Positions 47,110 to 60,227 of a stretch of 64,000 bases of DNA are shown one piece after another. Under the pieces are notes generated by a model, which had not been told where the DNA came from, searched no databases, and saw only the letters and a program-made list of their open reading frames with translations. Each line of letters opens with the position of its first letter. Position 1 is the stretch's first letter. This stretch comes from Nemertoderma westbladi (Eukaryota; Animalia; Xenacoelomorpha). The position numbers and the translations under genes are program-made. The stretch is from positions 29,522 through 93,521 of the forward strand of contig JAUCBJ010003513.1 in assembly GCA_032718475.1 (NCBI GenBank), written 5' to 3'.

Positions 47110-47965
47110 CGACGGCTCAGGTTCTTTTAAATACTTTGAGTGATGGCGACATTACGAGATTGGGAAGAGAGCTCCAGGTAGGGATATGGCGGACAGTGAA
47201 ATGATGCTGGTGAATAGCAACATTTGATCGGGGTCGCTCTATTTTCCATTGGTGTCCTCTTGTTCTTGAATTAGAAGCGACTTTTTATGACTGACCACTT
47301 CGAATAATTTTATACATTTCAGTGAGGTCGATTTTGACCCTGCGCTCTTCGAGAGATTTGCAGTTCAATTTAGTTAGTCTACCAGAATAAGTTAAACCAG
47401 AGAGCCCAGGCAACCACCTAGTAAACTCTCTTTGAACCCGTTCTAATCTGTTTACAGATTCAGAATGAGATCACCATTGTCATTTATAAAAATAATAAAA
47501 AGTAGTGGGGCTAGGATACCGCCCTGCGGAACTCCACTTGTAACTTTAGCACAAGCAGAGAGACATCCATCAGTAATTGCATGTTGATATCTAGTGAGGG
47601 AGAATTCAGAGATCCAATGCAGCAACTTCCCGGAAATGCCGGAAGATTCTAGTTTTGAAATGAGTTTACTGTGGGAAACTTTGTCAAATGCTGTATTAAA
47701 ATCAGTGTAGACTCTGTGTACTCGCCCTCGGAAGTTACGAATATTAACCCAGTCCATAGAACAGTCCTTTGAGAAAACCATGTTGCCGAGATGTATTAAA
47801 TTTAGACTGGTAGAGCGTGCGTGCTTCAGAACTTTTCCTCTCACTATAGTTTCCATCAATTTGGCTAATTTACTGTAGATGTTAGGGAAATTGGCCTGTA
47901 ATTCAGAGGTTCTGAACGAGAGCCCGATTTTTTAATTACAGGAATGATATGCGATAAAACCCATG
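47110..47965 (-). mobile_element. Decayed CR1-group LINE RT fragment
   Basis: VYTDF..AFDKVSHSKLI.KL..GI.G.LL.WI..F, VTSGVPQGG.L.PLLF..FIND, and LERVQR.FTR after an internal deletion. Confidence 0.85.
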
Positions 47966-48173
47966 AATGAGCTGAGCTGAGCTGAGTCCAAATGATGTTT
48001 GTTACGTTGTAACATTAAAAGTTACGTTAAATGAACCCACGCGCCACGCTATTATTATTTGTGATAATGCTACCTGCAGCTGCAATGGATGAAAATAGTA
48101 TGCTGCGAAAGTATTTCACGAATAATATATTAACAGGCGAAGCTTGCTGCATAATAATAATAAATAATAAAGT

Positions 48174-49635
48174 CGGTACATATACCGACTAAGGGAATAA
48201 TAACTAGCTCTCAGATTATTTTATAATTATTATAATTAAAAAGGGATTTTTACTAATGCAGTTGATATAATTATCATGACTGATATTTTATACAATTTGA
48301 TACTTATATTATTAATATTATATCAATGTCAATAATATACTGTAAGTATTAAATTGTATAAAATATTAGTTGTGATAATTATATCAACCACATTAGTAAA
48401 AATCCCTTTTAATTAATAATAATTATAAAAGAATTTGAGAGCTAATTATGGGTAAATCTTTTCGACCTACGCGTAGGCCTACGCGTAGCTACGCGTAGCT
48501 ACGCGTAGTTTGTAACTTCCATTCCTGTCATTTACCGGTAGGGCCAGACTTACTGCCTTTTTAACAACTACGCGTAGGTGTTTTAAAACTACGCGTAGTT
48601 ATTTTGGAACTACGCGTAGGTATTTTGAAACTACGCGTAGGTGCTACGCGTAGCTACGCGTAGGTGCTACGCGTAGCAGTCCTGATAACAATGATTTTTC
48701 ATTTCAGGTCCGGTAGGGTTGAGTTGTTAGGCAAGTATCGGTATATGTCAGGTATCTGATTATCAGACAAATGTAATAACAGAATCGGAAACTCATATCT
48801 CTACATACAGCACTGGTAATAAATAATATTCGGCTCTTTCATATACAAACACAGAGGATGAATAAAAAGTAAACTTAAAATTCACGTCTCATGATTCAAG
48901 TATCTTTGTTTCCATTGGATTATTTAAATATTGAATAGTAGTAAATAAAGCGACCAGTCTACCGGTGAAGAGGTTAAGCGAAAGCTGATAAATACTGCAT
49001 ATAATCAAATTGTTTGGTCAAATGACAAGTGCAACCAATCATGGTAGACAATTTAGTCTCCCCCTTCCCTTGTCAAGGGGTTAACATATTAAATACAGTA
49101 TATCCTTGCCCTATCGTGAACAAAGGCAATAAAAAGCATAGAGAATCGATAAGAACCATCGGCCTATTTCCTTTGGAAACTATTTTTGAACTCTAAACAT
49201 TAATTATTAACACATTTTACCGCCCGCAACGCATGAAGTGAAGAATATGTAGTTTTCGCGTATTCCTCTATATAGAGTATACAGGTATATAGGATACATT
49301 ACTGTTGAAAGCATTTGATGGTTGTGGGTTGTTTATTGAACATACCGTATTGTGTCTTATTTTAGTACTGACTCGCTTGGAATACGTAAGCCTACTAATG
49401 ATAAACGACGTATAGGCATAGTTATGGGTAGCACCTATGCGTAGGTCGCGTAGCACCTACGCGTAGTTATTGTTAAAACTCTGAAACTGGTGATATATGA
49501 CCCAATGTTGCGAACTACGCGTAGCTACGCGTAGCTACGCGTAGCTACGCGTAGCTACGCGTAGGCCTACGCGTAGGTCGAAAAGATTTACCCCTAATTA
49601 TTATTACCTTACAGCCTTAGTCGGTATATGTACCG
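48174..49635. mobile_element. Palindromic MITE (TIR CGGTACATATACCGACTAAGG) interrupted by a nested element
   Basis: Removing 48450-49601 restores a ~310-bp near-palindrome. Confidence 0.8.
48450..49593. mobile_element. Non-autonomous TIR element with CTACGCGTAG palindrome arrays, 8-bp TSD CTAATTAT
   Basis: Perfect TIR GGGTAAATCTTTTCGACCTACGCGTAGGCCTACGCGTAG; CTAATTAT at 48442-48449 and 49594-49601. Confidence 0.9.
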
Positions 49636-49853
49636 GTACTACCACTGTACCCAGGTACCAGGCTACTGTACTATCAGACTACAGCAGTACAGGCAGACAG
49701 GACTATTAACTGATTAAAGTATTGTTACATCTCCAAATTTGCTACCGGTAGTTGGTAGTACTTGTCCTGTTGTCTGCTATTGCTGTACCTGTGTACTGTA
49801 GTTACATAATTAATCAGTTAATTATTACTGGATTACAGTATTAGGCCTACATC

Positions 49854-52800
49854 ATGTCGTACAGTAACCGGTACGGGAGCGCTCGGTACCAGTCGTCTTC
49901 GACAACCGGCGGCAACCCGACGTACGGGACTCTCGCTGGAACCACCGGGGTTCCAGCGACGACTCGCTCCGAATCCAACGCCTCCTCCAACGAGAGTCTC
50001 TCCCGAATGCCGTCGTTGAACCTAAACAAACCGAGCGGGGGCTCGGCAGCTGTGGCCAACCCGACAGCTCAGCCAATCAAAGTCGCGGGATACATAGGAA
50101 TAGACACGATACAGGACCAAATGAAGAAGAAAGCTTTGAAACGCGGCTTCGAGTTTAATATAATGATAGTCGGGGAGAGCGGTATGGGGAAGTCCACGTT
50201 GCTGAACACGTTGTTTCGCTCCAAAGTCTCTCGCAAGAGTCAAATGCAGCCGAACGTGGCTATTTATATCCCAAAGACGACGGAGATTCACTCAATTAGT
50301 CACGTTATCGAAGAGGCCGGGGTTCGGCTGAAGTTGACGTTGACGGACACGCCAGGATTCGGGGATCAGGTTGACAACTCCAACTGTTGGGACGCCTTGA
50401 TCAAACATGTAAACGATCAGTACCGCAAATACTTGGAGGAAGAGTTGAGTATCAACCGACGGAAAGGGATTCCGGATTCCCGCATCCACTGCTGTCTGTA
50501 CTTCATCGCTCCCACCGGACACAATCTAAAGGTAAGAGTTATTATATATTGTTCGACATCGACAACAAACTGCAGAACTGTTAAAAGGTAGGCCTAACTG
50601 CCTAACTAACTGACTTATGCTGTGTGGTTGTATTGTTCACACAACTTAACCATATGATATGTAAATAGTGTTTTAACATTGTTTTATTTAAGAAATGCGC
50701 TTGTTGACTTGCTATTGTTAAGAAATGTAGAATACACTTCTCGCCTCTTACAATCCTCGCTGGTACCACCGTAGCGCGGTAGGCTACTTTGTGTGTTGAA
50801 AAGCCTTGTATTGTAATCATATAAAGCAGTAAAGTGCTAGATTTTATGACTTAAAGTTCATAGTTACATAACTGTACCAAAAGTCGACTTTCCCTGTCAG
50901 ATGAATGTTTTATTTTTTTTTTAATAATCACAACTATAGAATTTATTGCTAATTTAATTCTTACTGTGTAAAGAAATACAAATTTTAAATGGATTATAAC
51001 TGTTGATTGAGTTACATATGAATAGACATACTTTATTTGTTTATGTATCTCTATTAAGAGGATGTTTAAATTGTTTACCTCGAATAAAAGTTAAATTTTT
51101 GAAAATGTACAACATTATAATAATTTTTATGTATTTTTGTGGTGTGATGTAAGGGCTTTTATGTGGTCACATTTGTTTTCTATCGTCGAGTGTTTTTTGA
51201 ACTCAAAACAGTGCTTTTCAAACCTTAAAGTATTTGCCATTTTTTTTAATATAAAAAATTTAATTTTGACTATTTTCAATATTGTCATCGATTAAATATG
51301 TAAAATGAAAAAAACTCAGCGTTTTGCATGTGTTGTGTCCAGCTGATGTTTAGGTTGCCATTAGTAGTCTTGTGTAGCAACCATCAATTCGGTGTTCAAG
51401 TGATTTCGTCAGTGTCCAGGTCTCACCCCCGTATAATCAGTTCTGAGTTTCTCCCAGTCATAGTTGATTTGCTTGCTTGTCCTGGGTTTGCTGGCTCTCA
51501 AACTGAGTCTGATCTCTGCAGTCACAATTCTGTGGTCCGAACCAATTAGGTTGAACGAGCTGTATGCCTCGCAGTTGATCATGCTGTTTCTCCACTTTTT
51601 GTTTATAAGGATGTAATCCAGTTGTGCTTTGGTTCCATTAGGGTATTGAAAGGTCCATAGCTCCCCCTTACTCTTTTCGAATGTGTTGTTTGTTGGTATA
51701 TCTCTGGAAATGGATTGTTTTCGGCTGGAACCCAGTTCAAGAAGTGAACTGGAAAGCTATGGACTCATAGTGGACCCAGTGGTCACAAGTCCCAGATAGA
51801 CCATATTCTGTTTCGTAGGAAATACAGGAGCTCTATACAAGACTGTAATGCATTTACACTACGACCCTTCTCCAGTGATCACCGCCTTATTGTGGCCAAG
51901 GTAAGACTTAGTCTGCGTGCTAGCAGAACAACGAAATCTGCCTTGCCGCGGCATGACTGGTCCTCTCTGTTGCAACAGCCAAGTGTGAGATCCAGCTTCA
52001 CACTACAGCTGAGCAACATGTATGAGGTTCTTGCCTTTGAGGCGGCAGATCACTGTGAGGGCTATACTGCCTTCACAGAGGCAGTTAAGTTAGCAGCTGC
52101 AGAAACAGTTCCTGTATACCCTCGAAACAGGAAACGGGCCCCCTGGACTGACAACAAAATTCAGAAGTGCCGAAATGACCTCTACAAGGCGCAGAAAGAG
52201 TCCCGACTCAAACAGACTACAGCGGCCAAGAATGCAGTTAAAGCTGCATCTAGGTCCCTGAACAGGCAGTACTCTGTCAATTTACAGGAGCTAATAAACC
52301 AACAGGTTGATGCCATCAATGATGCTGACGACAGCAGGCAATCATCCCAGGCATGGAGATCGATCAACTTGCTTGCTGGTCGAAAAAGCCAACCAACCAC
52401 CAAGGTTAAGGCTGAATCACCAGCCGATCGCCTCAATGGTTGGAAGGCCCACTTTGAAAAGCTGCTCACTAATGACAGGGTATTGCCTGATAACTTTATA
52501 GAAGTAAAAGTGTCTGAGTCTGTACTCCCAGATATTCCCATTGGTGATATCTCCTTTGCAGAAGTGAAGGCTGCTGCAAAGAGCATTAAGACCAATCGTG
52601 CCAGTGGAGTAGATGGTGTTCCCCCAGAGGTCTTTAAAATACCTGAGTGTTTAAAGCTCATCTATCCCATCATAGTAGACATGTACCGAACAACAAGAGT
52701 CCCACAAGAAATGAAAACAAATAAGTTGGTGCCAGTTCCCAAGAAGGGCAACCTAACACTCTATATGGTTCTTTTCGGGGAATCTCATTGATCTCGATTG

Positions 52801-55135
52801 CTGCAAAGCTATACAATAGAATTCTATTAAATCGTATCAGGGATCCCATTGATAGACTGCTCCGTGGAAATCAGACTGGGTTCCGTAAAGGTCGTGGGAC
52901 CATGGAGCCCATTTTGGCACTTAGAAGGATAATAGAAGAGTTATCAAAAAAGAAAGACAGGCATCTGGCTGTTATCTTTGTTGACTTCTTCAAGGCCTTT
53001 GATTCAGTCCCTCGCTCACGTATGTTCAGCATACTTTCATTATATGGGATTCCTGATGAAATTATTGCAGCAATCAGATCAGTATACGATGGTTCGACAA
53101 CATTTGTGTCTACTGTTCATTTGTGTCTACTGTTGACGGTGACACAGAACCATTTGAAGTGTTATGGGGCGTCCTCCAAGGAGACACACTTGCACCATTC
53201 TTGTTCATTATTGTGGTTGACTATGTTCTACGCATGTCCTTAGATCATTATAATGATGATGGGGTGATGATAACTCCACCTACTGGCTCCAGAAGTCGAG
53301 GAAATCCTGCCAAGTACCTAACTGATCTAGACTTTGCTGATGACTTAGGAGTACTCTCAGAATCATCTAGAGGGAGCCCAACGGCTCCTCAGCTCATTAG
53401 AACATGCTGCTTCTAGTGTTGGTCTTTTTATTAACTCCAGAAAGACCAAAATTCTGACAGTTAACTTTGAAAGTCCTCAGCAAGTCTCTGATCGGATGAG
53501 CATAAGCTCAAAAGATGGTATGCTTGAACATGTGGATGACTTACGTTACCTGGGATCATGGATCCGGAAGTCAGGTGAGGACCTTCGAATACGTGAGGGA
53601 AAGGCATGGGCAGCCTTGAATAGGCTTTCCAGGATTTGGAAGTCACCGAGAATTAATCGGAAACTTAAGGTCCGATTATTTAGAGCAGCAGTAGTTCCAG
53701 TACTCCTCTATGGGAGTCCATGCTGTGCTCTAACTGCTGAGGACACCAAATCTCTGGATGGCACATTCACAAGAATGCTACGCCGGGTTCATTGTGTCAA
53801 GTACAATGCACATGCACACATCTCCAACCAGACACTATATAACATTGGAGGTGTCTCATTGGTTCCCCCAAGCTTGACACTAGAACAAAATCGCCTCCGC
53901 TTTGCAGGACATTACTTTCGCCGTGAGGACCAGCCAGTGCATAATCTTGTACTTTGGCAGCCTCATGGAGTGAATATAGAGTGAATATAGAAAATCTAAT
54001 TAATTTAACTTATATTAAATAAATCCGGGGCCGTGCATAAATGTTGTCACAGTCGAGGGGGGGGGGGGGGGGGGGGGGGTTGCAATTTTGTGACAATTTG
54101 TGACATGGGGAGGCTACTAGCTATACTTGTGACGTCACAATAGCACTTTGGTGAACAAATAAAATACATAACACCAACATCAACAGCTAAGTTAAATCTA
54201 TTCAAGTAATCCCGAATCGAGGTGATTAAAAGTTAATTCTAAGGGGCGATAAAGATGAAGAACACCACATTGGCTGGGTAGATAAGAACGAGGTAGAGTT
54301 AGACCCAGGAAGTGGCACAATAGTCGATCGTATACCTGGTGCACTTCCGGTGATCGATGTCGAAACTCAGATGTCGTCATTCCCATGGGAGTGAATATGT
54401 GGGGTGTCTTCCTTGTTTAGTCATTGTGTACAGCTGAATTAATGAAGTATTAACATTTAGTTTTAATAACATAATAATTTCAAATCTAACATTTTTTATT
54501 AATTATACAGGGTATTTTTTGGGACGTGACGTTCAAGGGGGGGGGGGGGGGGGGGGGGGTACAAAATTCGTGACAGATTGTGACAGAGTGGGGGTTGAAA
54601 ATCGTCAAAATAAGCGTGACATCATTTGTGCACGGTCCTTATGTCATTGAATTCCCAGTCCAGTGGTGATTTGTTTTTATATTTAAAGGATCTGGACATC
54701 GAGTTTATGAAGAAATTAGAGAAGTGCGTCAACATAGTTCCGGTTCTCGCCAAGGCCGACACGTTTACGGTTGAGGAGCGGGAAGAATTCAAAGCGAGAA
54801 TCCGAACGGAGTTACAGAAACAGGGAATCAACACCTACCCGATGAAACACCTGGACGAGGACGAGGAAGAGATTGCGACCAACTCCTCGCTGCGGGAGTC
54901 CATGCCCTTCGCGGTGGTCGGAAGTGACGTCACCCACGTGATCGACGGGAAGCCCACGTTGGGACGGCGCACTAAGTGGGGGATCGTGGAGGTTGAAAAT
55001 CGCAATCACTGCGAATTCACGCAGCTGCGGGACATGTTGATTCGGTCCCATCTCCGGGACATGGTCGAGGTGACTCACTCCATACATTACGAGAACTTTA
55101 GGAGGAGATTCCTGAGAGAGAGCGCGAGTTCATAG
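49854..55135 (+). CDS. Septin of the SEPT3/9/12 group, 2 exons (49854-50531, 54689-55135), 374 aa
   Basis: GYIGIDTI.DQ, GFEFNIMIVGESGMGKSTL, DTPGFGD, IPDSRIHCCLYFIAPTGH, then AAG|gtaaga..ttaaag|DLDIEFMKKL, AKAD, PFAVVGS, GRRTKWG.VEVEN..HCEF. No C-terminal coiled coil. Confidence 0.93.
51330..51698 (-). mobile_element. RTE-clade LINE fragment (end of the APE endonuclease), a distinct subfamily from its neighbour
   Basis: Minus-strand TNNTFEKSKGELWTFQYPNGTKAQLDYILINKKWRNS..SDHRIVTAEIRLSLRAS. Confidence 0.8.
51700..53975 (+). mobile_element. Decayed RTE-clade LINE (EN end plus RT), truncated at both ends, in the septin intron
   Basis: KLWTH..QIDHIL..SDHR, KASGVDGVP.E, PVPKKG, Q.GFRKGR, FVDF.KAFDS, GVLQGDTLAP.LF, LDFADD, YLGS and RLRFAGH; several frameshifts. 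Confidence 0.92.
54027..54639. mobile_element. PIF/Harbinger-like MITE
   Basis: TIRs GGGGCCGTGCATAAATG.TGTCAC / GTGACATCATTTGTGCACGGTCCT; GTGACA subterminal motifs; ends ~50 nt before the septin acceptor. Confidence 0.6.
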
Positions 55136-55726
55136 TGGGGTGGGTTGGCGGGTCGGTTAACTGGTAGTCGGTTGGTCGGGGGCGGTTAGAAGTGGCAGTT
55201 AGACGGACAGGACAGTGACACATACAGTTATAGAAGGACAGGAAAAAGTTGTCCTACTGACAACTGGGCGGTAAGTATTCTATCTGACAGACTGATTAAC
55301 CGACCTGCCAATTAACCGTCTTTTAGACGCGAATATTAACTGATATATAAAAGGGAACCGAGAGACTGACGCCTCAACCCACAGCGCCGTTGTCTATCGG
55401 GCTGTTTCTTCTAGACTTCGTCGGATCTTTTGACTTTTAGATGTTTTTGTTTATTTCTATTTTATTTATTTGGATCCGATTTAGTTCCCAATTCGAGTCA
55501 GTCATCGTATTTTTTATTACGTCAGTCGCCACTCATCAGTATACCGCTCCTTTCTATTTAATAATAATATGTTAATGATGTTATTAGTTTATATTTAGAA
55601 GGTAAATAAAGATGTTTCTAAATAAACAAGTTTATCTCACTGAAACTAATTAGCAGTTGTAGTTCCTTTGTAGTTCGATTAATTATGTAACTAAATCCCC
55701 ATTGATTTAATATTTAGTAGGTAATT

Positions 55727-56046
55727 TTGTGCAGTTGGTTGAGCTGCAGTTGGTTGTGGTGCAGTTGGTTGTGCTGCAGTTGGTTGAGCTGCAGTTGGTT
55801 GTGGTGCAGTTGGTTGTGCTGCAGTTGGTTGTGGTGCAGTTGGTTGTGCTGCAGTTGGTTGTGGTGCAGTTGGTTGTGCTGCAGTTGGTTGTGGTGCAGT
55901 TGGTTGTGCTGCAGTTGGTTGTGCTGCAGTTGGTTGTGCTGCAGTTGGTTGTGCTGCAGTTTGATGTGCTGCAGTTGGTTGTGCTGCAGTTGGTTGGGCT
56001 GCAGTTGGTTGTGCTGCAGTTGGTTGTGCTGCAGTTGGTTGTGCTG
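55727..56046. repeat. 15-bp tandem repeat GCAGTTGGTTGTGCT (~21 copies)
   Basis: Direct periodicity. Confidence 0.95.
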
Positions 56047-56247
56047 GGGTTTATTATTTATTTAGGTCGTTAAAACATCTGAACGCAATCAATGAAACTT
56101 GTTTAATTTCGTAGCTTCATACACAATTCCACACTTTAAGACACACTCTATGAGCTGGTCAAGTTTTGAGCACTTTGAAACAACTGATGATTGTTGCTTA
56201 TCAAAGTGAAATCTCGTAATCATATTGAGCAATATTTTACTGCAGAA

Positions 56248-56741
56248 AGGCCCTCCTATATCCGGCTCTATATCCATGTAGGCCCTCCTATATCCGGCTC
56301 TATATCCATGTAGGTCCTCCTATATCCGGCTCTATATCCATGTAGGCCCTCCTATATCCAGCTCTATATCCATGTAGGCCCTCCTATATCCGGCTCTATA
56401 TCCATATAGGCCCTCCTATATCCAGCTCTATATCCATGTAGGCCATCCTATATCCAGCTCTATATCCATGTAGGCCCTCCTATATCCGGCTCTATATCCA
56501 TGTAGGCCCTCCTATATCCAGCTCTATATCCATGTAGGCCCTCCTATATCCAGCTCTATATCCATGTAGGCCCTCCTATATCCGGCTCTATATCCATGTA
56601 GGCCCTCCTATATCCGGCTCTATATCCATGTAGGCCCTCCTATATCCGGCTCTATATCCATGTAGGTAGGCCCTCCTATATCCGGCTCTATATCAATGTA
56701 GGCCCTCCTATATCCGGCTCTATATCCACGTAGGCCCTCCT
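56248..56741. repeat. 32-bp minisatellite AGGCCCTCCTATATCCGGCTCTATATCCATGT (~15 copies)
   Basis: Direct periodicity. Confidence 0.95.
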
Positions 56742-57323
56742 GAACTATTATTGTAATATCAAGGAAGGTTTCAGTTCTAATCAGTTACATCTCTATGCGT
56801 ACAAACTGTGTTCTTTATCTCAGATTGATGTATTTTTTTTTTCTCAACTATCTTATCGGATATTAAATGTTTAGTGTGTTCATCTTGGTAGATTTTTGTA
56901 TTATTTGGTTACAGAATTTAGCACTTGTCTGTCTTTCCCCTAACCTACTATATAGTAGGCTTATCTTTTTTTTACTTTGTTCTTTTTTCCCGTTCATATA
57001 ATTTAACTTAGATTTCATTCAAAAATATTCATCACTCTATATGTAGCGTTTGGTTTCGATTTTTTGTTTAGATACTTCGTGTTTAGTAATAATTATTTTC
57101 TATCACATTTCATTCAATTTTCTTTTCAGGGGAAAGTTGGAAACTAATTTAAAACCAAAAACCAATGCGCACTGCCTATCGCAACTCTAGCAGCGCATAG
57201 TTTCCTTACATTTTCTTTGTCTTTCTAATCGCCTACCTAGTAGCTCTCTGCCATTACTCGCCTCTATTACAACTCACTATACTAACGGCCACAATCTCCA
57301 CGCACACCTATATAATACGGACA

Positions 57324-58886
57324 GCCTTAGTGGCAACCATGGTAGATCAACTGGACCCTTAGTGGCCCCCATGGTAGATCAACTGGACCCTTAGTGGCCC
57401 CCATGGTAGATCAACTGGACCCTTATTGGCCCCCATGGTAGATCAACTGGACCCTTAGTGGCCCCCATGGTAGATCAACTGGACCCTTAGTGGCCCCCAT
57501 GGTAGATCAACTGGACCCTTAGTGGCCCCCATGGTAGATCAACTGGACCCTTAGTGGCAACCATGGTAGATCAACTGGACCCTTAGTGGCCCCCATGGTA
57601 GATCAACTGGACCCTTAGTGGCCCCCATGGTAGATCAACTGGACCCTTAGTGGCCCCCATGGTTGATCAACTGGACCCTTAGTGGCCCCCATGGTAGATC
57701 AACTGGACCCTTAGTGGCCCCCATGGTAGATCAACTGGACCCTTATTGGCCCCCATGGTTGATCAACTGGACCCTTAGTGGCCCCCATGGTAGATCAACT
57801 GGACCCTTAGTGGCCCCCATGGTAGATCAACTGGACCCTTAGTGGCCACCATGGTAGATCAACTGGACCCTTAGTGGCAACCATGGTAGATCAACTGGAC
57901 CCTTAGTGGCCCCCATGGTAGATCAACTGGACCCTTAGTGGCCCCCATGGTAGATCAACTGGACTCTTAGTGGCCCCCATGGTAGATCAACTGGACCCTT
58001 AGTGGCCCCCATGGTAGATCAACTGGACCCTTATTGGCCCCCATGGTAGATCAACTGGACCCTTAGTGGCCCCCATGGTAGATCAACTGGACCCTTAGTG
58101 GCCACCATGGTAGATCAACTGTACCCTTAGTGGCCCCCATGGTAGATCAACTGGACCCTTAGTGGCCCCCATGGTAGATCAACTGGACCCTTAGATCAAC
58201 TGTACCCTTAGTGGCCCCCATGGTAGATCAACTGGACCCTTAGTGGCCCCCATGGTAGATCAACTGGACCCTTAGTGGCCCCCATGGTAGATCAACTGGA
58301 CCCTTAGTGGCCCCCATGGTAGATCAACTGGACCCTTAGTGGCCCCCATGGTAGATCAACTGGACCCTTAGTGGCCCCCATGGTAGATCAACTGGACCCT
58401 TAGTGGCCCCCATGGTAGATCAACTGGACCCTTAGTGGCCCCCATGGTTGATCAACTGGACCCTTAGTGGCCCCCATGGTAGATCAACTGGACCCTTATT
58501 GGCCCCCATGGTTGATCAACTGGACCCTTAGTGGCCCCCATGGTAGATCAACTGGACCCTTAGTGGCCCCCATGGTAGATCAACTGGACCCTTAGTGGCC
58601 ACCATGGTAGATCAACTGGACCCTTAGTGGCAACCATGGTAGATCAACTGGACCCTTAGTGGCCCCCATGGTAGATCAACTGGACCCTTAGTGGCCCCCA
58701 TGGTAGATCAACTGGACTCTTAGTGGCCCCCATGGTAGATCAACTGGACCCTTAGTGGCCCCCATGGTAGATCAACTGGACCCTTATTGGCCCCCATGGT
58801 AGATCAACTGGACCCTTAGTGGCCCCCATGGTAGATCAACTGGACCCTTAGTGGCCCCCATGGTAGATCAACTGGACCCTTAGTGG
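57324..58886. repeat. 32-bp minisatellite CCTTAGTGGCCCCCATGGTAGATCAACTGGAC (~49 copies)
   Basis: Direct periodicity; the order of variant units is duplicated as a block (~57660-58100 vs ~58440-58850). Confidence 0.95.
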
Positions 58887-59493
58887 TCTTAGGTTAGATA
58901 AACTTCTACCAAATCACACCCTTGATTAATGACTTAATTCAATACAATATCAAATTGGTTTAAATATAAAAACGCATATAAATTCACGTTATGATTTCTG
59001 TAATTTATTATAATAATTATTATTTGTGCATCCAGCAGCTCGTTGTATCTCGTTACATAACAAAATCGTGCAATTTTGATTTTCAGTTTCTTTGACAAAA
59101 TATTATATGGTTTATTATTAGATGTTTCTGTGTAATAATTATCTATATTAATATCGGCGTTCTGTGTATTATTATAATTTATTTATTCTATATTATACTA
59201 TACAGTAACTCACTATCGTTATTTTCAAATTTGTAGGTTTATAAACTTCAAGCGGTTAAAAATATGTCAGAAGCTGGAGGAATGTCTTCTGATTACTGAT
59301 ACCGGAAGTACTAGTTTAGCCTACACTTTGTGATACATAATAGATACATAATATAATTACATACATTGTTTTAGAAACATACATTCAAAAACCTTTTAGC
59401 TAAAAATACGAAAAGAAAATTAAAGTTATTTTCTAAAAGTATCTCTCAGTCTCACGAACCGAATTTATTTCTAACTGTTTGTGCCGGAGCGAA

Positions 59494-60227
59494 ACTTACA
59501 CATCAAAAAACGAGTGGTGTTGGTATCAGGAGCTCTAACTTACACATCCAAAAACGGTGGTGTTGGTATCAGGAGCTCTAACTTACACATCCAAGAACGG
59601 AGGTGTTGGTATCAGGAGCTCTAACTTACACATCCAAAAACGAGTGGTGTTGGTATCAGGAGCTCTAACTTACACATCCAAAAACGGTGGTGTTGGTATC
59701 AGGAGCTCTAACTTACACATCCAAAAACGGTGGTGTTGGTATCAGGAGCTCTAACTTACACATCCAAAAACGGTGGTGTTGGTATCAGGAGCTCTAACTT
59801 ACACATCCAAAAACGGTGGTGTTGGTATCAGGGGCTCTAACTTACACATCCAAAAACGGTGGTGTTTGTATCAGGAGCTCTAACTTACACATCCAAAAAC
59901 GGTGGTGTTGGTATCAGGAGCTCTAACTTACACATCCAAAAACGGTGGTGTTGGTATCAGGAGCTCTAACTTACACATCCAAAAACGGTGGTGTTGGTAT
60001 CAGGAGTTCTAACTTACACATCCAAAAACGGTGGTGTTGGTATCAGGAGCTCTAACTTACACATCCAAAAACGGTGGTGTTGGTATCAGGAGCTCTAACT
60101 TACACATCCAAAAACGGTGGTGTTGGTATCAGGAGCTCTAACTTACACATCCAAAAACGGTGGTGTTGGTATCAGGAGCTCTAACTTACACATCCAAAAA
60201 CGGTGGTGTTGGTATCAGGAGCTCTAA
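59494..60227. repeat. 43-bp minisatellite GGTGGTGTTGGTATCAGGAGCTCTAACTTACACATCCAAAAAC (~17 copies)
   Basis: Direct periodicity, no spacers. Confidence 0.95.

Noticed and set aside
55727-56073. Cys/Trp-rich or Leu/Val-rich ORFs
   Set aside because: Translations of a 15-bp tandem repeat without ATG starts.
57324-60227. CRISPR-like 32-43-bp repeats
   Set aside because: Head-to-tail units with no unique spacers, no cas genes and a eukaryotic context.
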